The notes under the pieces were generated by a model that saw nothing but the letters and a program-made list of their open reading frames with translations, was not told where the DNA came from and ran no database searches. The position numbers and the translations under genes were made by a program. Source: Armatimonadota bacterium (GTDB lineage Bacteria > Sysuimicrobiota > Sysuimicrobiia > Sysuimicrobiales > Humicultoraceae). Taken from it: a stretch of DNA of 64,000 nucleotides. How positions within the stretch are numbered: position 1 is the first letter of the stretch; each line of letters opens with the position of its first letter. Location of the stretch: assembly GCA_037443365.1 (NCBI GenBank), contig JBBIOM010000001.1:22442-86441 (forward strand), written 5' to 3'. Below, in pieces: positions 39,790 through 50,773 of this stretch.

Positions 39790-40475
39790 CGCGGTGCCCC
39801 CATCACACGGGCGCGGATGATGACTCTACCCGCCTCAAGGGCCACCTGGTCGATCTCCACCGGCACCGGCAGGCCTCGCAGCGACAGAACAGGCGTGGCG
39901 ATGATGGCCAGCACCGTATTTGCGAGCGCCGGGGGCAGCTCTGTCCCGCCCACCTCGAAGGAGGCGACGCGGAAGTGGACATCGGCGCGGTCCGCGGCGT
40001 AGAACTGACCGCGAACCGTGGCCGGCCCAAAGACCGGCCCGACGCGCAGCTGCCCGGTCGCGGTCACGACCCCGGCATCAATCACGACCCTGGGGTTCGC
40101 GATGCCCCTGGCGGTCAGGAGGCGCTCGAGATCATCCTGTCCAACCTCGACCTGTGCGCTCCCGGACTCGATGCCGCGGATCGGTGGGCCATCTCCCCGG
40201 TGGCCGGCCAGGCGGACACCGGCCATCCTGGCCCAGAACCTCCTGGCAGACGTATCTCCCAGGGGCAGGTTCGCGGCCTCGATCTCCAGATGGCCTATGC
40301 GGCCGAGCGCAAGCGACCAGGCGGTGGTGCGCGCCCTCACGGTCAACCCCGCCTGTTCGCCGATGTGCGCGCGAACCAACGAAGTCACCCGGTGGCGGAC
40401 GTAGGCCGACGGCGCCCACCACCACAGCGCCGCCAGCGCAGCGATCCCGACCAGCAGCCAGGCGGTGCGGCGCAT
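39786..40475 (-). CDS. membrane-anchored hypothetical protein (DUF2993/LmeA-like)
   Basis: Start set at internal ATG ([20 protein letters not shown]) that overlaps the prfB stop (TGATG). N-terminal TM followed by a ~200 aa beta-rich domain; the 95 aa upstream in the track ORF are GC-frame junk. Confidence 0.5.
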   Translation of the reverse strand: MRRTAWLLVGIAALAALWWWAPSAYVRHRVTSLVRAHIGEQAGLTVRARTTAWSLALGRIGHLEIEAANLPLGDTSARRFWARMAGVRLAGHRGDGPPIRGIESGSAQVEVGQDDLERLLTARGIANPRVVIDAGVVTATGQLRVGPVFGPATVRGQFYAADRADVHFRVASFEVGGTELPPALANTVLAIIATPVLSLRGLPVPVEIDQVALEAGRVIIRARVMGAPR

Positions 40476-41576
40476 CAGGCCGTCCGCGAGCGTAGCGCGG
40501 CCTCGATGAACGGATCGAGCGCGCCGTCGAGCACCGCGGAGGAGTTGCCGGTCTCGACTCCCGTACGGTGATCCTTGACCATCTGGTACGGATGCAGGAC
40601 ATAGGAGCGGATCTGATTCCCCCACGCCGCCTCCCTGTACTCCCCGCGAAGCTCGGCCAGGCGCTCGCGCTGCTGCGCCTGGGCGGCCTCCACCAGGCGA
40701 GACTTGAGAACGCGCAGCGCGGTCAGCTTGTTGGCGTGCTGGGACCTCTCGTTCTGGCACTGCGCGACCATCCCGGTAGGTATGTGGATGACGCGCACGG
40801 CGGTTTCGACCTTGTTGACGTTCTGGCCACCCGCGCCGCCTGCCCGGTAGGTCTCGATGCGCACGTCCTCATCGCGCATCTCCACGTCCACATCCTCCAC
40901 CTCGGGTATGACGTCGGTCAGCGCGAAGGATGTGTGGCGGCGGTGGGCGGCGTCGAAGGGCGAGAGGCGCACAAGACGGTGCACGCCGCGCTCCGTCCTG
41001 AGGTGCCCGTATGAGTAGGGGCCACTGATGATCACCGTAACGCTCTTGATGCCGGCCTCCTCACCGGGCGAGAGGTCCACGATCTCGGCGGCGTAGCCGC
41101 GTGCCTCGGCCCAGCGCAGGTACATCCGGAGCAGCATGGAGGCCCAGTCCTGAGACTCGGTGCCCCCGGCGCCGGCGTGTATCGAGAGGATCGCGTTGGC
41201 GTCGTCGTGCGGGCCTGACAGCAGCGCCGCCGTCTCGATGCGCGACAGGGCATCCGCCAACGCGCGCGCCTCGGCCTCCACCTCGGCCGGGTTCACGTCC
41301 GCCGGGGACTCGGCCGCGAGTTCCAGGAGCGCTCCGAGGTCGTCGATCTGCCGCTCGAGGGCACCCACCGTCTCCACGGTGGCGCGTATCTGACTGAGTT
41401 CCTGGCCCACGGCGCGCGCCCGCTGTGGATCGGACCAGAGCGTGGGCTGCTGCATGGCTACCTCGAGTTCCTTGATGCGGGCGTGCTTGGCCGGCAGGTC
41501 AAAGATGCCCCCGCAGGTCCTGGAGGCGGCGGCGGCTCTCGTTGAGCCGGGCGTGCAGGTCGTCGATCTGAATCAT
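40475..41576 (-). CDS. prfB: peptide chain release factor 2, requires programmed +1 ribosomal frameshift
   Basis: Frame 0 encodes [25 protein letters not shown] and then stops. A +1 shift continues as [25 protein letters not shown]... with the RF2 body ([12 protein letters not shown]-like [15 protein letters not shown] tripeptide). The track splits this into ORFs 41499..41981 and 40475..41455. Confidence 0.9.
41498..41504 (-). other. RF2 autoregulatory frameshift site CUU UGA C
   Basis: Minus strand reads ...GGG CAT CTT TGA CCT GCC...; the canonical CTTTGAC heptamer sits at codon 26, exactly as in E. coli and B. subtilis prfB. Confidence 0.85.
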
Positions 41577-41611
41577 GGCCAGTGCATTATACCAGAAGGC
41601 CTGGACCGGCT

Positions 41612-43611
41612 CTACCGCAGCCCTGCGAGCGCGAGGATGGCGGCGTCGCCCAGGCCCCGCGCCGGCCCCAGACCCACCGCGTCCCCTGTGCGGGCGCGCA
41701 GCAGGCCGTATCCCGCGCTTGTGAGAAGGTGCCAGAAGAGGATCTCCTGCGGGACCCGGTCCCATCCGAGGTAGACGGCAACGCCCAGGCACGTCGAGAC
41801 CACAACGGCGAACACCCACCCGCCCAGTTCTCGGGCGGCCGCGAACACCGCGCCGCGCAACCAGGACTCGATCGCCACCCCGCTCAGCACGCAGCCCAGC
41901 ACGGCCACCAGCCATCCGTCCGCCGGGATCCCTGCGCGCATGTGGAGCCCGTACTGCGCGTAGGCCGCGCGCATCGCCCATACGAGGAGGCCGGTGGCTC
42001 CCAGCGAGACGCTGGCCGAGGTCCAGACTCCGCGGCGATTGTGCAGGTGGCCCCGTCCCACCAGTGCCGAGGCCAGCAGCACCCCCAGCGCGGCAAGAGG
42101 AGCAAGGCTCCCGTTACCGGGAGCGATCAGGCGTCCCAGCATCCAGGGCACCGCCGGGATGCCCACGGCCGCGGCCAGTCTCCAGGCGGCATCCGGCCGC
42201 CGGCGGAGCGCGGCGACGCCGGATGGAACCGCGGCCAGCGCCCATCCGGCAACGGCCAGGGGCGCGGCCAGCCACCCCCACGCCACGTACGGCGTGGTGG
42301 GGCCGCCGACCGGGAGCGGGGCCGTCAGCACGCCCTCGACGTCGAGCGGCAACGAACGCGCGACGGCTCCGTCCGGACCGATCAGCATCGAGGAGCCGGT
42401 GTTGGCCGCGCGGGCCACGCTGCGGCCTACCTCAACGGCACGCAGAACGGCGTGCGCGGCATGCTGGGCCGGCCCCGCTGATCTTCCGAACCACCCGTCG
42501 TTGGTGAGCACCGCCACCAGGTCGGCGCCGTTGGCGACCGCGGACCTGACCTGGAGGGGAAACGCCGACTCGTAGCAGATCACAATCGCGACACTCCCGG
42601 CCGGCGCGCGTACAGGCCGCGTCCCTGTGCCGGCGACCACACCGGCCTCGCCGAATGGGACGAGCCGCTCCTTCACGTAGCGACCCAGCACCCGACCCTC
42701 GGGATCCAGCACAACCGCCGCATTGCGCGGGCCTGCCAGGAGCCCGCCCGCCACCACCACCGCGCCGGCGGCGCTGCGACCTACGGCTGATCTCACATCT
42801 CGGGCCTCGTCGAGATCGACCGGCAGCGCGGTTTCGGGGTACACGATGATTTCAGCGCCGCCAGAGGACGCCTCGCCGGTCTGCCGCAACAGGCCTTCGA
42901 TGATCGGCGCAACGGCCAACGCACCCCCCCCAGGCCGCATTGTCACGTTGGGCTGCACGACGGCCACGATCCGCCTCGGGCCTCCCCGCGCTGTCTCGCC
43001 GGCCACGCGCGCAAGGGTCGCGCCGCACGCCACGGCAGCCGCGGCTACCAGCGCGGCCGAGGCCAGGGCGATGAGCCGCGGGCGCGTTCGCCGCCGCGAG
43101 ATCGCGACCGCCACCGCCGCATTCACCAGGGCTATCAGGCCGGAGATTCCGTGAACCCCAACCGCGGAGGCCAGCCCGAGGGTAACCGGCGTCCGGTACT
43201 GGGTCAAGCCGAGCAGGCCCCAGGGGAACCCAAGCGGCCCCACCGAGCGCGCCACCTCAACCGCCACCCAGGTAAGCGGCACCGCCCAGAGCGTGGCTCC
43301 GGGCCTCCCCCGGGCAAGGAAGGACACGCCGGACGCGAAGCCGCCCACGTACAGGGCGAGGGTGGCCGTAAGCAGGCCCCAGGCCGGCAGTCCGAAGATC
43401 CTGATCCACTCAAGCAGGATACCGAAACCGAGCGCCCCTGCCAGGTAGCCGTACTTGAAGGACTGCCCAGGAGACAGGTCGCCGACAGCCAGCAATAGCG
43501 GCACGAGCGCGAACCAGGCCAGCCACGTCAGGTCCGGGGCCGGGAATGCGAGGGCGAACAGCAGACCGCTGGCCAGGGCGCCGCCAACCCGGAGATACCT
43601 CCCCGGGGTCT

Positions 43612-43615
<4 letters not shown>
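41612..43615 (-). CDS. lnt: apolipoprotein N-acyltransferase with ~170 aa C-terminal polytopic extension
   Basis: Lnt N-terminal TM bundle and CN-hydrolase domain (VVQPNV, IIVYPE, ICYES, catalytic Cys), followed by an extra hydrophobic C-terminal domain. Start set at the GTG whose GTGA overlaps the secA stop, rather than the track start 43666 that overlaps secA by 55 nt. Confidence 0.7.
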
Positions 43616-46254
<2,639 letters not shown>

Positions 46255-46309
46255 AACGCACCTCGCGGGCCGGGGCCCCGTTGCCCCGGCCAGGCGGCAA
46301 CCACGGTTG

Positions 46310-46320
46310 ATTCTATCAGA
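46310..46320 (-). promoter_or_regulatory. candidate extended -10 promoter (TGATAGAAT) upstream of secA, with a GC hairpin (CCGGGGC..GCCCCGG, ~46269-46292) in the 5' UTR
   Basis: Read from the minus strand of the 89-nt intergenic region; no clear -35. Confidence 0.3.
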
Positions 46321-46343
46321 CTGGGCGGGGAGCGCGCCGCACG

Positions 46344-46997
46344 CTAGCGGTTGGCTGCCAGCCAGGAGATGGGACGGTTGACCGCTGACAGCGCCGCCCG
46401 CACCACCGCCTCACGGGGATCGTCGCGCACGACCGATGCCCCGGCCAGGGTCTCCTGGTCGGCACCAGCCAGGGTGACGGTGACTACGGCCACCTCGTGC
46501 TCGCCGACGGAGTGCAGCGCGGCGCCCTCGAGAACGAGCATTCCCTGGGCCCGCAGGAACACCTCGATCGCTCGCAGCGTCGCCTGCGCCACGAGGCCCA
46601 GCCGGTGGCGCGAGACGTTGGGGCCTGCCGCGGTTCCCTCATAGAGCATCCCGCGGTCCTCGAGGTGCACCCGGACCTCCGCGCAGTCTCGAATAGCGCT
46701 CTGCGAGAGGCCCACGAAACGGAGCCGGGCCTGCGGCACGGCCGAGGCGGCTTCCTCCGGCCGCATCGCGGCCACACGCACCTGACGCGGTTCGAGCGCC
46801 GCACCCATCTCTGCCGCCAGGGCGGAGACGACGTCCAGCGCAATCAGCTTGGGGCTGCGGTCGGCCTGTCCGAGCACGTGAATCACGTCGATCCGGCCCT
46901 CGGGCGTCGGCACCACCCTCGCCGCGACGACCCCCCGCAGACGGCGGACGATCTCCTCCGCCTGATCCGCTTCGGTTCGACCGAGTTCGCGAGCCAT
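46344..46997 (-). CDS. hypothetical protein (217 aa), possibly two tandem related halves
   Basis: Codon usage and GC3 are consistent with coding. It sits in the gap between hpf and secA, and I recognise no family. Confidence 0.45.
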   Translation of the reverse strand: MARELGRTEADQAEEIVRRLRGVVAARVVPTPEGRIDVIHVLGQADRSPKLIALDVVSALAAEMGAALEPRQVRVAAMRPEEAASAVPQARLRFVGLSQSAIRDCAEVRVHLEDRGMLYEGTAAGPNVSRHRLGLVAQATLRAIEVFLRAQGMLVLEGAALHSVGEHEVAVVTVTLAGADQETLAGASVVRDDPREAVVRAALSAVNRPISWLAANR

Positions 46998-47038
46998 CGG
47001 GCACCTCCGGCTTCCGGCTGGTCGGGGACGAACCCCGG

Positions 47039-47635
47039 CTAGACCTCGGGCTCGATCAGCCCGTAGTCTCCGTCGCGGCGCTTGTAGAGCACGTTGATCT
47101 CCTGCGAACCGGCGTGACGGAAGACGAAGAACAGGTGCCCCAGCAACTCCATCTGGAGCACTGCCTCATCAGGCGTCATGGGCTTCATCGCGAACCGCTT
47201 GACGCGCACGATCTGAGCCTGCGCGGGTGTATCCTCCTGCTGTGCGGCCAGGGTCTTCTCGGCGGCCTGCTCGGCGCGGCGCCGCCGGCGGGATTCGTCG
47301 AGTCTGCGCTTCTCGATTATCCGGCTGCGGTACTTCTCGATCTGCCGCTCCAGCTTGTCCACGGCGCCGTCGATCGAGGTGTACATATCCTGAGAGGTCT
47401 CCTCGGCGCGAAGCACAAGCCCGTCACACCATACGGTCACCTCAACCCCCTGGGCGCGCCCCCTGGCGCTGTCGCGAGTGACGCTCAGCACGACCTGCGC
47501 GTCCTGCACGCGATCGAAGCTGCGGGAGAGCTTGGCGAGCTTGCCCTCAACGTACGCGCGAAGAGCCTCCGTCACCGTCATGCGCTTGCCCTGAACGCGG
47601 ACCGGGATCTTCCCGGTCCGCCTGCGTCCGGCCAT
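47039..47635 (-). CDS. hpf: ribosome hibernation promoting factor (long HPF, YvyD-like)
   Basis: The N-terminal domain aligns to B. subtilis YvyD ([24 protein letters not shown] ~ YNIRGENIEVTPALKDHVERKI). The C-terminal dimerisation domain also aligns ([26 protein letters not shown]...DGDYGLIEP). Start at internal ATG; the track ORF 47039..47893 has a junk N-terminus that overlaps hppA. Confidence 0.8.
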   Translation of the reverse strand: MAGRRRTGKIPVRVQGKRMTVTEALRAYVEGKLAKLSRSFDRVQDAQVVLSVTRDSARGRAQGVEVTVWCDGLVLRAEETSQDMYTSIDGAVDKLERQIEKYRSRIIEKRRLDESRRRRRAEQAAEKTLAAQQEDTPAQAQIVRVKRFAMKPMTPDEAVLQMELLGHLFFVFRHAGSQEINVLYKRRDGDYGLIEPEV

Positions 47636-47706
47636 TACGTTCCTCCTGTCTTGCCTCCCCGCGATTCCCGATGCTTCTTCGACGGTGCCGCCACGACCTC
47701 CCGCCC

Positions 47707-49659
47707 CTATCGGAACAACGGGGCAAAGATCAGGGCGACCACGGTCATCAACTTGATCAGGATGTTCAAGGCCGGTCCCGCGGTGTCCTTGAACGGATCG
47801 CCCACCGTATCGCCGATGACGGCGGCCTTGTGTGGATCGCCGCCCTTGCCGCCGTGATGCCCGGCCTCGATGTGCTTCTTGGCGTTGTCCCACGCACCGC
47901 CCGAGTTGGCCAGGTAGAGCGCGAGAGGCACACCCGCCACGATGGCTCCCCCCAGCAGGCCGCCCAGGGCCCCCTTGCCCATCAACACGCCCACCGCGAT
48001 CGGGATCAGGACCGCCAGCAGCCCCGGCACGACCATCTCACGGAGCGCGCCCTGCGTGGCGATGTCCACGCACCGGGCGTAGTCGGGCTGCGCCGTCCCC
48101 TCCATCAGGCCGGCGATGCCGCGGAACTGACGGCGGACCTCGCCCACCATGGTCTGGGCGGTGCGGCCCACGGCCCGCATCGCCAGTGCCGCGAACAGGA
48201 ACGGAACCATGCCGCCGAGCAGCAGGCCTGCCAGCACTTCCGGGTCCATCAGATCGATAGTTTGTATGCCCACCGCCTGACGGTAGAAGAAGAACAGCGC
48301 CAGGGCAGTGAGGGCGGCGGAGCCGATGGCGAATCCCTTGGCGATGGCCGCCGTGGTGTTCCCCGCCGCGTCGAGCGAGTCGGCGACCTGCCGGACCTGC
48401 GGCCCCAGGTGGCTCATCTCGGCGATCCCGGCGGAGTTGTCGGCGATCGGCCCATACGCGTCCACCGAGACGGTCATGCCGGTGATCGACAACATGCCGA
48501 CAGCCGCCAGCGCAATGCCGTAGAAGCCGCCGATCTGGTAGGCGAGTAGCGTTGACAGCGAGATCACCACCATCGGCAGGGCCACGCTCAGCATGCCCTG
48601 CGCCGTTCCCTCGATGATCACCGGCGCTGGCCCCGAGACGGCCGACGCCGCGAGTCTCCTGACCTCTCGCCCCGAGGTGAAGTACTCGGCCACCTGTCCT
48701 ATCACCACGCCCGCGGCTAGCCCCAGCACGACGGTCCAGAAGTGCCGCAGGTCCTGCAGCGTCGCCTGGACGATGAGAAACGTGGCTACGGCCATGATCG
48801 CGGCGCTGGCCAGCGTGCCGCGACGCAGGGCTCGCTGCGCATCGCCCCCGCGCACGAAGAACGTGCCCGCGATGGAAGCCGCTATGCCCCCGCCGGCCAG
48901 GAGCACCGCCGCCGTGGCCCCTGGTTCCCTCAACTGTGCGAACCCGATGGCTACAGCCGCGATGACGGTGCCGACGTACGACTCGAACAGGTCGGCGCCC
49001 ATGCCGGCTACATCCCCAACGTTGTCGCCCACGGCGTCTGCGATTACGGCGGGATTGCGCGGGTCATCCTCCGGAATCCCAGCCTCGATCTTGCCGACCA
49101 GGTCCGCGCCCACGTCGGCGCCCTTGGTGTATATGCCGCCTCCAACGCGGGCGAACAGGGCGACGGACGACGCACCGAGCGAGAAGCCGATCACCTGGTT
49201 GGCGTCGCGAAACAGCAGGTAGAGAGTGCCTACACCCAGCAGCCCCAACCCTACCACGGTCATTCCCATCACGGCCCCGCCGGGAAACGCCACCGCAAGC
49301 GCGGGGGCCAATCCCTGCCTGGCCGCCTGGGCGGTGCGGGTGTTGGCCCGCGTGGCCACGTGCATTCCAACGAACCCGGCCGAGACCGAGCAGCCGGCCC
49401 CCAGCAGGAAGGCGACCGCGGTGCGGAGCGCAAGACCCTGCACAAGGCCTGACGCGAGAACCAGGAAGAGCAACGCCGCGAAGACGGCGATGGCCCGGTA
49501 CTCCCGCGCCAGGAACGCCATGGCCCCCTTGCGGATTGCGCCGGAGATCGCCTGCATCTCGGGCGTGCCCGGGTCCCGCGCGTTCACGCGGCGGGCCAGC
49601 ACCGCGGCATAGACCAGCGCCACCAACCCTGCTATAGGTCCCCACCACAGCAGTTCCAT
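47707..49659 (-). CDS. hppA: membrane-bound proton/sodium-translocating pyrophosphatase
   Basis: 650 aa, ~15 TM, with signature motifs ([35 protein letters not shown]). Confidence 0.9.
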   Translation of the reverse strand: MELLWWGPIAGLVALVYAAVLARRVNARDPGTPEMQAISGAIRKGAMAFLAREYRAIAVFAALLFLVLASGLVQGLALRTAVAFLLGAGCSVSAGFVGMHVATRANTRTAQAARQGLAPALAVAFPGGAVMGMTVVGLGLLGVGTLYLLFRDANQVIGFSLGASSVALFARVGGGIYTKGADVGADLVGKIEAGIPEDDPRNPAVIADAVGDNVGDVAGMGADLFESYVGTVIAAVAIGFAQLREPGATAAVLLAGGGIAASIAGTFFVRGGDAQRALRRGTLASAAIMAVATFLIVQATLQDLRHFWTVVLGLAAGVVIGQVAEYFTSGREVRRLAASAVSGPAPVIIEGTAQGMLSVALPMVVISLSTLLAYQIGGFYGIALAAVGMLSITGMTVSVDAYGPIADNSAGIAEMSHLGPQVRQVADSLDAAGNTTAAIAKGFAIGSAALTALALFFFYRQAVGIQTIDLMDPEVLAGLLLGGMVPFLFAALAMRAVGRTAQTMVGEVRRQFRGIAGLMEGTAQPDYARCVDIATQGALREMVVPGLLAVLIPIAVGVLMGKGALGGLLGGAIVAGVPLALYLANSGGAWDNAKKHIEAGHHGGKGGDPHKAAVIGDTVGDPFKDTAGPALNILIKLMTVVALIFAPLFR

Positions 49660-49704
49660 GTCGGCCTCCCCTGGTCAGCGAGCACCCGTACTGAATGCGC
49701 AGCG

Positions 49705-50769
49705 CTAGCCGCTGTCACTCCCACCTACCATGAACAGCCCGGCAAAGGCTCGAATCGCGTATCTGTCGGTCATTCCGGCCACGAAGTCGCAGGCTGCCCT
49801 CTGGGGGGATTCCGCGGATCCCGACCGCAGCGGATCGCCGGGTATCTCCTGTGGATGCGCCAGGTAGTGGTCGAACAGGAACCGCAGCATGCGCTGCCCC
49901 CGCGCCGCCTCGGTCTGCATCGAGGGGCAGAGGTAGACCCGCTCCGCCAGGAAGTCCTTGAGGGCGTTGAGGGCTTCACGCACAGGGACCGAAGGGCCCA
50001 CCGCGTCCGTATCCGAAGCCACCGACACGATGTCGCACACGATGGTGTCCAGCCACCGCGACCGGGGCTCGCCCAGCACCGTTGTGATCTCAACAGGGAT
50101 GTCGGACTCGAGTATCATGCCCGCGCGCACGGCGTCGTCGGTGTCGTGGTGCAGGTAGGCAACGCGATCGGCGGCCCTGACGAGCCGGCCTTCCAGCGTG
50201 AACGGACCCCCGGCCTCCTCTGCCTCGGCCTCGAGGTCGCGCAGTCCCTTGGAGTGGCACGTGATCCCGTCGCGCACCTCCCGGGTCAGGTTCAAGCCGA
50301 CGGCGGTAGAGCCATCGGCCCTCCTGCGTGTCTCGAGATGGTCCACGATGCGAAGGCTCTGCAAGTCGTGGCGAAACCCGCCCCAGTGTGCCATCGCCTC
50401 GTCGAGCGCCGCCTCACCGGCGTGCCCAAACGGGGGATGCCCCAGGTCGTGCGCCAGCGCGATCGCCTCTGTCAGATCCTCGTTCAGCCGAAGGGCTCGC
50501 GCGATTGTGCGCGCGATCTGCGCCACCTCTAGCGTGTGCGTAAGCCGCGTACGGTAGTGATCGCCCTCGGGCGCGAGGAAGACCTGCGTCTTGTGCATGA
50601 GGCGCCGGAAGGCCTTGGAGTGCACTATCCGGTCGCGATCCCTCTGGAAGGCGGTTCGCAGCGGATCGTCTGGCTCGGGCTCGGCCCGTCCGCGCGAATC
50701 GGCGGAGCGGGAGGCCCGCGGCGCAAGCGCCGCGGCCTCCCACCTCTCGGAGTCCTCGCGCCGGTTCAC
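49705..50769 (-). CDS. dgt: dGTPase-like HD-domain phosphohydrolase (deoxyguanosinetriphosphate triphosphohydrolase-like)
   Basis: Motifs FQRDRDRI.HS, RTRLTHTLEV and HDLGHPPFGH are typical of the Dgt-like HD family. Confidence 0.8.
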   Translation of the reverse strand: MNRREDSERWEAAALAPRASRSADSRGRAEPEPDDPLRTAFQRDRDRIVHSKAFRRLMHKTQVFLAPEGDHYRTRLTHTLEVAQIARTIARALRLNEDLTEAIALAHDLGHPPFGHAGEAALDEAMAHWGGFRHDLQSLRIVDHLETRRRADGSTAVGLNLTREVRDGITCHSKGLRDLEAEAEEAGGPFTLEGRLVRAADRVAYLHHDTDDAVRAGMILESDIPVEITTVLGEPRSRWLDTIVCDIVSVASDTDAVGPSVPVREALNALKDFLAERVYLCPSMQTEAARGQRMLRFLFDHYLAHPQEIPGDPLRSGSAESPQRAACDFVAGMTDRYAIRAFAGLFMVGGSDSG

Positions 50770-50773
50770 GCGC

